DNA of 64,000 bases from Patescibacteria group bacterium (GCA_028865725.1 JAGWJP010000003.1:1697-65696); one strand, 5' to 3'; numbered from the stretch's first letter, positions 20,608-30,644 are shown. Made by a program: numbers and translations. The notes: generated by a model from the sequence alone, not told the origin.

Positions 20608-20725
20608 ACGACACTCCTTTATGAAGGTTCTGGCTCGAGTGTACTACGAGCGTCATAATGCACAATACTATCTGTCTAATTTTTTGACAATATCTTGACA
20701 ACACGGCTCTTATAGTTTATGATTC

Positions 20726-21469
20726 GTGCATATGGATGACCTTATAGACATCATAAAAAAACTGGGGCTCACCACAAAGGCAGCTCGTATTTACTTGGCA
20801 GCGTTAGAGCTCGGCGAGGCTTCAGTACAACAACTCGCACAAAAGTCCAAGCTGAAACGGACGACATTATATTACATTCTTGATGAACTCATTGACGCGG
20901 GGATCCTCATTCCTACAAGAACCGGAAAAAAACTTTATTATGTCGCTGAAAAACCAAGCACGCTCCTTAAAAATACAAAGGAGAACATCGCCCATTTTGA
21001 ACACTCATTATCCCTTTTAGAAGAGCGGGGGGCCTATATGAGCAACCGCCCGCGGACATACTTTCTCTACGGCACTGCCGGCTTCAAGCAGGTGTGGGAT
21101 ATGATTCTCGACTCTCCAGAAAAGATGTATCGGATTATTACAGAGGGGGAGAATTTTTTGGATTATGTACGGGAAAAGTATATCCTTGATGAAATCATCA
21201 GCAAAAAGAAGCAACTCGGCGTCTCCAGCAGACAACTTATCAGGAACTCCGCGTATGCCAAGCAAATCGTTGCGAAAGATGCGCGGGAAAATAGAACCTC
21301 CCGCATGTTGCCTGCGATCTACAAATTGCCGTTTACAGAAATCATTACTGACCATTTTGTGGCATGCATCTCCTCACGCCATGCCAATATGATTTTTGTC
21401 GTAGAAAATGCGGCATTCGCCAAAATGCGACAATCTATTTTTGAAATGTTGTGGGACTCTGTCCGCTAA
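20726..21469 (+). CDS. TrmB-family (sugar-responsive) transcriptional regulator
   Basis: N-terminal wHTH LGLTTKAARIYLAALELGEASVQQLAQKSKLKRTTLYYILDELIDAGIL characteristic of TrmB; divergent from the kinase gene. Confidence 0.7.
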   Translation: MHMDDLIDIIKKLGLTTKAARIYLAALELGEASVQQLAQKSKLKRTTLYYILDELIDAGILIPTRTGKKLYYVAEKPSTLLKNTKENIAHFEHSLSLLEERGAYMSNRPRTYFLYGTAGFKQVWDMILDSPEKMYRIITEGENFLDYVREKYILDEIISKKKQLGVSSRQLIRNSAYAKQIVAKDARENRTSRMLPAIYKLPFTEIITDHFVACISSRHANMIFVVENAAFAKMRQSIFEMLWDSVR

Positions 21470-21506
21470 CAACCAGGCGATTTCTATTCTTAAATGGATG
21501 CCCCGC

Positions 21507-21535
21507 GTTGACAACAACAGTATGTAACGCTATAT
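21507..21535 (+). promoter_or_regulatory. sigma70-type promoter TTGACA-N17-TATATT
   Basis: ttgaca 21507-21512, 17-nt spacer, tatatt 21530-21535; 36 nt upstream of ORF 21572. Confidence 0.5.
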
Positions 21536-21571
21536 TTTCTATAGCTCGTTTTTGAAAGGAAGAGACATGCA

Positions 21572-22123
21572 ATGGAAATAAGAAAATCCAGTTGGCATTA
21601 TCGCTGGATGGACTTTGTCTATAGGAGTTCTGTATTTTCACCTGCAGGCGTACCTCGAAATATCTGTTCTTACTTTTGGGGACTGGTCTTTAGCATACCT
21701 CATCTGTTGATTACGGGAATCGTTGCTCTTTTCTGCGTAATTATCACGATTGGGTTCATTGTGACCACTTATTTCATAAAAATCATCTGCTGGTTTTTTG
21801 GATTCGCAAGCAACTTTCAAGACCTGGATTCGGATTGTTATGCCTATAAGTATGGTCTGTATGGGAGACCGAGGAGAGAAGTGTTCGCTCCTTGGGAAGG
21901 ATGCACTCTCGGCACACTTCTGTGGACATGTCACACCCACCAGACATCTGTCGTATCCGTTTTTACGCATCCATTAGCGTGGATAGAACTGTGGTGGATT
22001 GTTCCGGCATGTAGTGTACTCATCCTATGTGGGATCTGTCTTACAAAATCGGCGGGACTTATTCTACCTTTCCTCACCTCCATAAAAGAAAAATATTGTA
22101 CACGTATTAAATTTATCGACTAG
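21572..22123 (+). CDS. hypothetical membrane protein
   Basis: 183 aa, several hydrophobic helices, AGGAAG SD-like upstream. Confidence 0.3.
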   Translation: MEIRKSSWHYRWMDFVYRSSVFSPAGVPRNICSYFWGLVFSIPHLLITGIVALFCVIITIGFIVTTYFIKIICWFFGFASNFQDLDSDCYAYKYGLYGRPRREVFAPWEGCTLGTLLWTCHTHQTSVVSVFTHPLAWIELWWIVPACSVLILCGICLTKSAGLILPFLTSIKEKYCTRIKFID

Positions 22124-22445
22124 CAGATGCACAAAACCGAGAAAACTCGGTTTTTTTTATACACCAAACCCGATCGTTCTATTCAAATATGTACACATAT
22201 ACAAATTTATGATGCGGGGAAATTTTCTCGGCGCAATTGTTGCCATTATCTATACGGTTTATATTTCGGCGCATCCGTTTCCTACAAAATCGCAGATGGC
22301 ATTTTTATTGGTGGTTCTCAACGCGCTGACGATCATCTTGATGACATTGGCATTCAAACACGAACTCGAATACAACACGGGTTCGCACTCTCAACACGTC
22401 GCTATGCGGCGTGTTGTTTTTATGTAGAACATAATATTTGGTATA

Positions 22446-24146
22446 ATGACACACGTTACCACCCTATTGTGTCTTTTTATGAAACCCGAAAAAGAGTCTC
22501 ACAATTTAGAACATCATTGGACGAGAAGCGCTGTCGTGTATCAGATCTATCCGCGAAGCTTTAAGGATAGCAACGGAGACGGAATAGGAGATCTCCGCGG
22601 AATTATCCAAAAACTCGATTACCTTAACGATGGGACAGAACGCTCGCTTGGCATTAATGCCATTTGGATTAATCCGATCTACCCCTCCCCCATGAAAGAT
22701 TTTGGGTATGATGTATCGGATTACTACTCTATCGACCCCTTATTCGGCACGATGGCTGATTTTGAAACACTCGTCTCATACGCCCACGCACGTACTATAA
22801 AAATACTCATGGATTTTGTACCGAACCATACTTCTTCACAACATCCGTGGTTTCTTGAATCTCGTTCCTCCCGTATGAACAAAAAACGCGATTGGTATAT
22901 TTGGCGCGACCCTAAGCCCGATGGAAACCCGCCGAACAATTGGCTTTCTGTATTTGGGGGTCCTGCATGGACATTTGATGCAACGACGGGACAGTATTAT
23001 CTCCATAGTTTTCTGAAAGATCAGCCAGATCTCAATTGGCGCACCATAGAAGTGCGAGAAGAAATGGAGCATGTGTTACGTTTTTGGCTGCAAAAAGGCG
23101 TCGATGGATTTCGCACTGACTCTATTAGCTATCTTATTAAAGACGACGGTTTTCGAGATGACCCTCCTAATCCAAATTATATCGCGGGCCGCAGCAATCC
23201 TTATGACGCACTCCTCCATATTTACAGCCAAGGGAGACCAGAGCTCCTCAGCGCGGCCAACACGCTTTGCAAAGTACTTGATGCCTATCCGCATGCATTT
23301 ATGGTAAGTGAGGCTTACCTCGGCATCCCTAAGATGGTCGAACTCTATCGCGCATGTGATAACAATCTTCATGCTCCGTTCAATTTCAACCTTATCACGC
23401 TGCCATGGAATGGGGAATCATTTAAAACATTTATCGATGAGTTTGACGCACATCTTCGACCTGACGATTGTCCGAACTATGTATTCGGCAACCACGATCG
23501 CTCCCGTGTTGCGACGCGCTTGGGACAAAAAAGAGCACGCATTGCAGCGGTGCTCCAATGTACGCTCCGCGGCATGCCTTTCATCTACTATGGGGAGGAG
23601 ATTGGTATGGAAGATTTACCAGTAAAGGAAGAAACGGGCTTAGATCCATGGGGAAAAAATGTCCCCGGGTTTAACCTTGGACGCGATCCGGAGCGCACTC
23701 CTATGCAGTGGGATGATACCCTCCACGCCGGCTTCTCTACAAGTACGCCGTGGCTTCCCCTAGCGAACAACTTTCGCACTATCAATGTAGCACGCGAATC
23801 TCTTAATCCGCGCTCCATGCTCACGCTTTATCGCACGCTTATTCATATCCGCACACATACTCCCGCACTCCTCAACGGATCCTATCACTCTTTACCTCTC
23901 CAAGGAGGTAAAGACATATTCTCTTTTATTCGCATATACAAAAAAGAGGGTATACTTATTATGATAAATTTTTCTGATACTTCCCATGTCGTCTCTTTTT
24001 CAGAAGATGTGCTGCGAGGGTTTCTCAACACAGGGTGCCGCGTGCTCTGCAACACTGAATGCAATGACGCAAAGAAATACATGAATATCGATACGTTAAC
24101 GCTGCGTCCCTATGAGGCGTACGTACTCGCATTACCTTCAAAATAA
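22446..24146 (+). CDS. GH13 alpha-glucosidase / oligo-1,6-glucosidase family
   Basis: VVYQIYPRSF, DGIGDLRGI, GINAIWINPIY, MDFVPNHTS, GFRTD regions of alpha-amylase family. Confidence 0.85.
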   Translation: MTHVTTLLCLFMKPEKESHNLEHHWTRSAVVYQIYPRSFKDSNGDGIGDLRGIIQKLDYLNDGTERSLGINAIWINPIYPSPMKDFGYDVSDYYSIDPLFGTMADFETLVSYAHARTIKILMDFVPNHTSSQHPWFLESRSSRMNKKRDWYIWRDPKPDGNPPNNWLSVFGGPAWTFDATTGQYYLHSFLKDQPDLNWRTIEVREEMEHVLRFWLQKGVDGFRTDSISYLIKDDGFRDDPPNPNYIAGRSNPYDALLHIYSQGRPELLSAANTLCKVLDAYPHAFMVSEAYLGIPKMVELYRACDNNLHAPFNFNLITLPWNGESFKTFIDEFDAHLRPDDCPNYVFGNHDRSRVATRLGQKRARIAAVLQCTLRGMPFIYYGEEIGMEDLPVKEETGLDPWGKNVPGFNLGRDPERTPMQWDDTLHAGFSTSTPWLPLANNFRTINVARESLNPRSMLTLYRTLIHIRTHTPALLNGSYHSLPLQGGKDIFSFIRIYKKEGILIMINFSDTSHVVSFSEDVLRGFLNTGCRVLCNTECNDAKKYMNIDTLTLRPYEAYVLALPSK

Positions 24147-24230
24147 CGCGACAGATGGCCTCTCAAAAACAATTGTTTGCTCTCAATTTGCTAAAAAAGA
24201 TTTATACTATATATATTATCTTATACCACC

Positions 24231-24827
24231 ATGCAGTATGCGCTTGCTCTTCTCCTTCGTTATCGTTACGCATTTCTCTTTCCGCTTGCGGCATTCGAAG
24301 GACCTATTATTTCACTCATTGTGGGATTCCTTACTCACCAAGGATATTTTAATTTTTTCTATGCCTATGGTATTCTAATCTTCGGGGATATTATTCCTGA
24401 TATTTTTTATTACTATATAGGAAGAACGGGGAATAAAAATAAGTTCCTTACGGAGTATCGCTCAAAGCTACACGTAGTCTCAGAAAACATAGAACACATC
24501 GAACGCTTGTGGCATTATCATGGAAAAAAAACTATGTTTTTTAGTAAGTTGGCGTATGGGCTTAGCACCCCAATGCTTATAAGCGCAGGAATCGTAAAAC
24601 TTCCTTTTCCTCGCTTTCTTTCCCTTGCACTTCCTATCACCCTTATCCAATACGCGCTCTTCATGACCATCGGTTATTATCTTGGCGCTTCCGTGTTTGA
24701 ACGCACAAGCAATTATCTGCGCTATGGAGAAATCGTGGTAAGTATCCTTGTCCTTGTTTTTGTCCTGTATCATTTACTCGCGCAAGCTTCAAAAAATCAA
24801 ATTACCAAGATGGACGCAGAAAAATAA
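24231..24827 (+). CDS. DedA/SNARE-associated family membrane protein
   Basis: N-terminal YAFLFPLAAFEGPIISLIVGFL and 4-5 TM helices typical of DedA. Confidence 0.55.
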   Translation: MQYALALLLRYRYAFLFPLAAFEGPIISLIVGFLTHQGYFNFFYAYGILIFGDIIPDIFYYYIGRTGNKNKFLTEYRSKLHVVSENIEHIERLWHYHGKKTMFFSKLAYGLSTPMLISAGIVKLPFPRFLSLALPITLIQYALFMTIGYYLGASVFERTSNYLRYGEIVVSILVLVFVLYHLLAQASKNQITKMDAEK

Positions 24828-26017
24828 TGAATATCGCCTTTTTTTCTGACAACTTTTATCCTGAACTGAGCGGCATTGCCGATTCTATCATTCTTACCGG
24901 CACCGAACTCGCACGCCGCGGTCATATTATTCATTACTTTGTACCTCACTACGACGCACGCGAATACCGCACCGCGGGTACCCACGCAAAGGAGCTCATC
25001 CTCGGATCCCGTATTACTATTCACAGGCTGCCCTCATTTCATGTTCCCGGACCCACCCTCCAGACACGTGCGGTCGTTCCCAATCCTCTCTTTGGCCTTT
25101 TGAAAGCAAAGCCGGATATTATCCACTCTCATAGTTTCTTCGGACCCGGTATTGACGCGCTCATATGGGCACGCAGGAACCATATTCCGCTTCTGGGCAC
25201 AAATCATACGCACATTGAATCATTCATTCGTTACAGCCCCATTCACCATCCTGCATTTCAGCGTTTCTTAAAACGCTATATTACATGGTATTACAATCAG
25301 TGCGTAACAGTAAGTGCGCCCTCTGATTTTCTCATTCAGGATATGCAAAAAAACGGACTTCACGCATCTTCTCACGTTATTTCTAATCCTATCGATCCTT
25401 CTTTTTTTATTGCTCCGGACTCAAAAAAAACACTAAAAGCACGCTACGGACTTGCGCCTCTCACGATCTTATATGCCGGAAGGATCGCATCGGAAAAAAA
25501 TATACAAATCTTATTCGATGCCTTTCTTCCTCTTGCCCATGAGCGCCCCGATGTGGATCTTCTCATTGTGGGGCAGGGCACGCTGCGAAAAATACTCGAA
25601 AGGCGTAGAGATACATCGGGCATAGCGTCTCGTATTAAACTACTCGGGCCTTTTCTTGGAGAGAATAAACAAGAGTTTTTTGATCTCTTTCACGCATCTG
25701 ATATCCTTGTTATGCCAAGCACATCAGAAACGCAAAGCATGGTGGTGCTTCAAGGTATGGCCTGCGGAATGCCTGTTGTCGCGGCGCGGACTGCTGCACT
25801 TCCTGAAATAGTCACCGCGGAACGCGGTGTTCTCTTTAATCCGACAGATGCACCTGAACTCACGACACATCTGAAAAATCTCTGTCAAAGTCAAGAATAT
25901 CGCGAGCAATTAGGACATCAGGCGCGGATATTTGCAGCACAGTTTTCCGTAGAATCAGTTGCGAACAAATGGGAAATGTTGTATAAAAGTATTTACACTA
26001 CTCGAGCCCGGATATAA
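24827..26017 (+). CDS. glycosyltransferase family 4
   Basis: MNIAFFSDNFYPELSGIADSI N-terminus and C-terminal E..G.PVVA GT4 donor-binding pattern. Confidence 0.8.
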   Translation: MNIAFFSDNFYPELSGIADSIILTGTELARRGHIIHYFVPHYDAREYRTAGTHAKELILGSRITIHRLPSFHVPGPTLQTRAVVPNPLFGLLKAKPDIIHSHSFFGPGIDALIWARRNHIPLLGTNHTHIESFIRYSPIHHPAFQRFLKRYITWYYNQCVTVSAPSDFLIQDMQKNGLHASSHVISNPIDPSFFIAPDSKKTLKARYGLAPLTILYAGRIASEKNIQILFDAFLPLAHERPDVDLLIVGQGTLRKILERRRDTSGIASRIKLLGPFLGENKQEFFDLFHASDILVMPSTSETQSMVVLQGMACGMPVVAARTAALPEIVTAERGVLFNPTDAPELTTHLKNLCQSQEYREQLGHQARIFAAQFSVESVANKWEMLYKSIYTTRARI

Positions 26018-26042
26018 ATAACAGGGCGCCAATAACGCTATC

Positions 26043-26786
26043 ATGAAAATTTCTGTCGTCATTCCTGCGCACAATGAAGAGGCGCGCATAAAAAATGTGT
26101 TAAATGCGGTGCTTATACAAGACTACCCTGATTTTGAAGTGATCGTTGTCGACAATGCCTCAACCGATAATACAGCCGCCATTGTACGATCGTTTAACGA
26201 CATTCGCTTGCAACTTATCCATGAACCACGTAAGGGTCTCCCTTTTGCGCGTGAAGCAGGACGCCTCGCGGCAACAGGGGATATCCTCGCTCAACTTGAC
26301 GCTGACTGTCTTCCCGAAACATGGTGGATCAGTAGGGCCGTCGACAAACTCTCGCGATCACCACACCTCGTGAGCATTTCGGGTCCATATTTGTATTATG
26401 ATTATGATTTCATAAAAAAATACACCCTGACATTCCTACAATTTCTTTCCCAGGGAATCATACTCAATTTCTTCGGGCAACTGCTTAATATGGGTGGGTT
26501 TGTTCTTGGAGGTAACGCGTTCATTAGAAAGAGTGTGCTTGACGCAGCGGGTGGATATAATACCAACATTTCTTTTTATGGAGAAGACACAGAAACCGCA
26601 AGAAGAATTAGCAAGTTTGGACACACTGGCTATACAATGCAACTCTATTGCAATAGTTCTGCACGACGCTTTAAACATATAGGATTTTTCAAAATGGGAT
26701 ACCTTTATTGCAAAACAGTGGTGTTTGTATTTATCAATAATAAAATTCTAGAAAAAAAAATCGATGGCTCCGATGACTTCCGCTAA
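26043..26786 (+). CDS. glycosyltransferase family 2
   Basis: ISVVIPAHNEE...EVIVVDNASTDNT and DAD motif. Confidence 0.8.
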   Translation: MKISVVIPAHNEEARIKNVLNAVLIQDYPDFEVIVVDNASTDNTAAIVRSFNDIRLQLIHEPRKGLPFAREAGRLAATGDILAQLDADCLPETWWISRAVDKLSRSPHLVSISGPYLYYDYDFIKKYTLTFLQFLSQGIILNFFGQLLNMGGFVLGGNAFIRKSVLDAAGGYNTNISFYGEDTETARRISKFGHTGYTMQLYCNSSARRFKHIGFFKMGYLYCKTVVFVFINNKILEKKIDGSDDFR

Positions 26787-27318
26787 TGCACACTACTATT
26801 CACGCCATGAAGCCACCCTACAAGCATGTGCACTTATCGCAAGCTCTCTCCTGTTTCTGATTGCATCCTCCCTCCAACACCACATAAAACTTACGGCGAC
26901 AGTGGTAGGTGGTGGAATTATGCTTATTCTCTTGTTTCTTCACACCTATTTTTCTATACTTCGGTTTAGCATATGGACGTCTAAATATGACGTACCACAA
27001 ACTCTGTTTAATATTATGCTCGTTATTTCATATTTTTTTACTGCATATATGAGTATGTGGCACATTACTCTCTTTTTTGTGGGGATGCTCACCATATTCC
27101 TCGTTGCAACATGGAAGTATAGTCTCCTCGCACGCGGGCACGCGTTCCAAGAAAAAATACTCTTCAAAAGAAACATCGATTTTCTCGCGTTGCCCGTCCT
27201 TATTGTATTGATTGTTCTTTCCCATGCGGGACATGTAATCCCCGCAATCGTCATCGGCACGCTCTTATATCTTGTAGGCACCTATCTTTTTTTCTTCGTA
27301 ATGCCCTTGTATTCATAA
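26764..27318 (+). CDS. hypothetical polytopic membrane protein
   Basis: 184 aa, 5 hydrophobic helices; overlaps GT2 3' end. Confidence 0.35.
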   Translation: MAPMTSANAHYYSRHEATLQACALIASSLLFLIASSLQHHIKLTATVVGGGIMLILLFLHTYFSILRFSIWTSKYDVPQTLFNIMLVISYFFTAYMSMWHITLFFVGMLTIFLVATWKYSLLARGHAFQEKILFKRNIDFLALPVLIVLIVLSHAGHVIPAIVIGTLLYLVGTYLFFFVMPLYS

Positions 27319-27338
27319 TCCTTTACTTAAAGATTGAG

Positions 27339-27366
27339 TTGACATGCCTTGATTCTACACTATAAT
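27339..27366 (+). promoter_or_regulatory. consensus sigma70 promoter TTGACA-N16-TATAAT
   Basis: ttgaca 27339-27344, 16-nt spacer, tataat 27361-27366. Confidence 0.6.
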
Positions 27367-27401
27367 AAATTGCAAAAATCCAAAAAAGGAGGCAAGCTTC
27401 T

Positions 27402-27602
27402 ATGCAGAAAACGCTGCGACTGATCGTATGCATCTTGTGTGGCAGGGAAGTCAAGAACGATTGCGGGCAGAGTCTTTGCACCAAAGACTGTCCCCATGAT
27501 GGAACAAGAATGAATGAGCGACCCACAGAAAGTATGGAAACCTACGTTTATGAATTAAAAGAAAGGCTTCCTTACCCCTCGCATACCGCTCCCGCCGAAT
27601 GA
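27402..27602 (+). CDS. small Cys-rich protein (zinc-ribbon-like), likely highly expressed
   Basis: 66 aa; CxxC-x7-Cx4Cx3C; AAGGAGG SD 9 nt upstream; consensus promoter and intrinsic terminator bracket it. Confidence 0.55.
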   Translation: MQKTLRLIVCILCGREVKNDCGQSLCTKDCPHDGTRMNERPTESMETYVYELKERLPYPSHTAPAE

Positions 27603-27616
27603 GGGCGGTTTTTGTT
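27592..27616 (+). terminator. rho-independent terminator
   Basis: ccgcc-N7-ggcgg then TTTTTGTTTG. Confidence 0.6.
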
Positions 27617-27681
27617 TGATGAAACAGGAATGAATATGGTAAAGTACACGCAGCATCCTTGTTAAGAAGGAGACGCAGGAT

Positions 27682-28728
27682 ATGGAATACGATGCAATTC
27701 GGCGTTTTAAGAAAATCGACCTTCATCGCCACCTTGATGGCGATGTGCGCCCCGGTGTCATGCAATTCATTGCAAAGAAAAACGGAATCGCGCTTCCTGT
27801 GCAGTCCAATGAGTCACTAGAGGACTATTTTGTGCGTCTCAAACAAGACGGCCTTCCCGCACTGTTCCAAAAGGGGTTTGGATTTGTCAGTTTGCTCTCT
27901 CAAACACCAGACAATCTTTTTCTTATCGCATATGAGGTGGTGCGCAACCTTCATGAAGACGGAATTATCTATGCTGAAATCCGATTCGCACCTCAGTATC
28001 ACACCGGAGAGTCAACATACTATGGTCATGCGGGAAAACGAATGTCCTATGAAGAGGTAATCCATGCCATTGCAGCCGGACTTAAAGCGGGAGAGCGCAA
28101 ATTTGGCGTAATGACAAAAATGATCGTCTGTATTGGCCGCGAAGCGGAACCGGAAGTGGGCTGTGAAATTGTAAAATCCGCACTCAATACAATGCATCTT
28201 GGCGTAGTTGGAATCGACTTGGCATGCGACGAAGCCGCGTATCCTCCAGAACGCCACCTGTCCGCATATCGCCTCACGTTTGACACGCCGTTGCGGCGCA
28301 CAGTACACGCAGGAGAGTTCGGTCCACAGCCCTATCGCAATATGGCGACAGCGATTCATGACCTTCGAGCACACCGCTTAGGACAAGCTATCCCGCTTGT
28401 GCGTCATCGTGGTTTGCTCGCCGCAGTGCGGGACAATCAGATTGGAGTTGAATTTTGCCCGCAATCAAATCTTTTCTGCGGCCACATCGGCCATGTACGA
28501 GACCTTGGCATTGAAACATGTCTTGCAGAAGGAATCCATGTCAGCATCAATTCAGATGATCCAGCCATGTTTGGCTATACCCTTACCGACACGTTTGCCA
28601 CACTCAATAAGTATACGTCTCTTACGCCGATTGATTTGTCTACAATGATGCACTCCGCGATGCAAAGCGCCTTCTGCTCTGAAGAAGAAAAGGACAAGAT
28701 CCTTGCACTGATTGATATACAAAAATAA
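27682..28728 (+). CDS. add: adenosine/adenine deaminase family
   Basis: DLHRHLDG, AEIRFAPQ, HAGE, SINSDDP motifs of adenosine deaminase; AGGAG SD. Confidence 0.85.
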   Translation: MEYDAIRRFKKIDLHRHLDGDVRPGVMQFIAKKNGIALPVQSNESLEDYFVRLKQDGLPALFQKGFGFVSLLSQTPDNLFLIAYEVVRNLHEDGIIYAEIRFAPQYHTGESTYYGHAGKRMSYEEVIHAIAAGLKAGERKFGVMTKMIVCIGREAEPEVGCEIVKSALNTMHLGVVGIDLACDEAAYPPERHLSAYRLTFDTPLRRTVHAGEFGPQPYRNMATAIHDLRAHRLGQAIPLVRHRGLLAAVRDNQIGVEFCPQSNLFCGHIGHVRDLGIETCLAEGIHVSINSDDPAMFGYTLTDTFATLNKYTSLTPIDLSTMMHSAMQSAFCSEEEKDKILALIDIQK

Positions 28729-28732
28729 CAAA

Positions 28733-28760
28733 AAAACCGGTCTATGCGCCGGTTTTCTAT
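28733..28760 (+). terminator. rho-independent terminator
   Basis: aaaaccgg-N8-ccggtttt. Confidence 0.6.
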
Positions 28761-28771
28761 TGTAGTGTTCG

Positions 28772-29107
28772 CTAATCAATATCCCACAAATTTGTGTAGG
28801 GAATATTAACAGGAGGATTATAAGAGTGAGCGCAACGAATCAATGCGTCAATAAATGCCGCAGGACACTCTGGATACTTCCTAATAAGATACGTACGAAA
28901 TTCATCATGATTCTCCTTATTCCATGCTTTTTTTGTTTTTGCGCTTACCCATTCTTTTGCAAGATCAGCCACTTCCTCATATGCCTCTTTGTAGAAGCTC
29001 GGTGGATTTTTGCCTAATATCGTTTGCAAATCAGAAAACCGAGAGACTTGATCGAACCCTGAATCTTTAAACTGTGGTGTAGATGTAATATCTTCTCTCA
29101 TATACAC
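28772..29107 (-). CDS. hypothetical protein
   Basis: 111-aa ORF, no recognisable domain. Confidence 0.35.
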   Translation of the reverse strand: MYMREDITSTPQFKDSGFDQVSRFSDLQTILGKNPPSFYKEAYEEVADLAKEWVSAKTKKAWNKENHDEFRTYLIRKYPECPAAFIDALIRCAHSYNPPVNIPYTNLWDID

Positions 29108-29162
29108 TTGTTTGTTTTAAGTATAATACCCTATACCCTGCACTGCAACAAAAAGAAAAACG

Positions 29163-29187
29163 AAACCGGCATACGTGCCGGTTTTTT
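29163..29187. terminator. bidirectional hairpin terminator (A-run / T-run on either side)
   Basis: aaaccggca-tacg-tgccggtttttt preceded by aaaaagaaaaacg. Confidence 0.55.
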
Positions 29188-29189
29188 CT

Positions 29190-29444
29190 TTATACCACCT
29201 CCTTTCTGATTTCCGCCTTGCTATATGCCACCCATGAAGGGACAGCAATCACAAGACGGAAAAATCCAAGAATTCCGCCGGCAAGAGCGACACGAGCAAG
29301 CCCTCGCGTCGTCTCACCGCGGTAGATCATAATCGCCCCAGCCCCAAAGCTAGAGGCGCTGAGACACACAACGATGATGATGATTGCTGCGAATACAGCT
29401 ATCGTCATCATCAAAATCATACGATTTTGATGTTTTTTGATCAC
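29190..29444 (-). CDS. small membrane protein
   Basis: 84 aa, two hydrophobic helices. Confidence 0.4.
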   Translation of the reverse strand: MIKKHQNRMILMMTIAVFAAIIIIVVCLSASSFGAGAIMIYRGETTRGLARVALAGGILGFFRLVIAVPSWVAYSKAEIRKEVV

Positions 29445-29645
29445 CCTAATCCTCCTGAATTTTGTTGACCATATTATAGCACATATACTGTTCTTGTCAA
29501 TACATTTTGGGTATACCGCAGATTCTCAATACGCTTTTTCAAACTTTCCCGAATACCATCCTTTATAGAGCTCTTGTTGGCACTGGATACTAAAGAATTG
29601 ACGCTCTCAGTACTATCGGGGATACTCAAAATACACATCCATCTT

Positions 29646-30644
29646 ATGAAACTTCCTCAGGAACTTGAACACGCTATTGAACAAGAATTTACCCACATAT
29701 CCCTCAAAACACTTGCGCACGCTACAAAATATTTGCGCGAGGAGTATCGCACCCAAGGCAATAACGCAAACACGGACGCGGAGAGGCTTACCGCTTATGC
29801 GGCATATCGCATGCCCGGGACATTTGCGGCAATTACCCATGTACTCACAGAGCTCCAACGAAGACATCCCGATTGGGTTCCTGCGCGCCTACTTGACGTC
29901 GGCGCGGGGCCGGGCACCGCACTCTGGGCTACTACGAAGATATGGCCTTCTTTGAATTCGATCACCTGCATCGAGAACAGTCCTGTAATGATTGCGCTCG
30001 GAAAACATCTCACTACACACGCATCAAATGCCACCATACAAAACGCGTCATGGGTTCACGCCAACATGCGTAACACAACACCCTCTGATTCCTACGACCT
30101 CGTAATCATCTCCTATGCACTCTCAGAACTCCCGGAAAAAGCGCGAAACCAAGTAATTCAGAACTACTTCGAACACACCACACATAGCCTTTGTATTATC
30201 GAACCCGCAAAATCTCCTCGCGGCTCTCGCGTGATAGAAGAGGCACGCGCCAAGCTTGTACGCCTTGGCGCACACATCATCGCTCCTATCCCGAAATCCT
30301 TCACCTACACCTTACCAGAAGGCCAATGGCTTCATTTTGCAGAACGTGTAGAACGTACCCACCTCGAGCGTGTGGTTAAAAAAGCATTCAGGCCCTACGA
30401 GGATGAAAAATTCTCGTATGTTATCGCCTCGCGCAGCGAGGGCACATCTTACGCTGCGCGTGTGATCCTGCCCCCTCAAACAAATCGAGGCTACATCACG
30501 CTCACGCTTTGTGCTAAAGAGGGGATCCAAAAAATAGTAGTAACAAAAAAACGCCACCCCAAGGCGTACCGATTAGCCAAAAAACTGCAGTGGGGCGATA
30601 CCTTAGATGCCCACAATCCACTACTCGCGCTCATTACTAACTAG
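29646..30644 (+). CDS. class I SAM-dependent methyltransferase (Rsm22-like)
   Basis: LLDVGAGPGTALWA motif I, DLVIISYALSEL; ORF opens at 29574 but MKLPQELEHAIE at 29646 matches the usual start of the family. Confidence 0.5.
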   Translation: MKLPQELEHAIEQEFTHISLKTLAHATKYLREEYRTQGNNANTDAERLTAYAAYRMPGTFAAITHVLTELQRRHPDWVPARLLDVGAGPGTALWATTKIWPSLNSITCIENSPVMIALGKHLTTHASNATIQNASWVHANMRNTTPSDSYDLVIISYALSELPEKARNQVIQNYFEHTTHSLCIIEPAKSPRGSRVIEEARAKLVRLGAHIIAPIPKSFTYTLPEGQWLHFAERVERTHLERVVKKAFRPYEDEKFSYVIASRSEGTSYAARVILPPQTNRGYITLTLCAKEGIQKIVVTKKRHPKAYRLAKKLQWGDTLDAHNPLLALITN

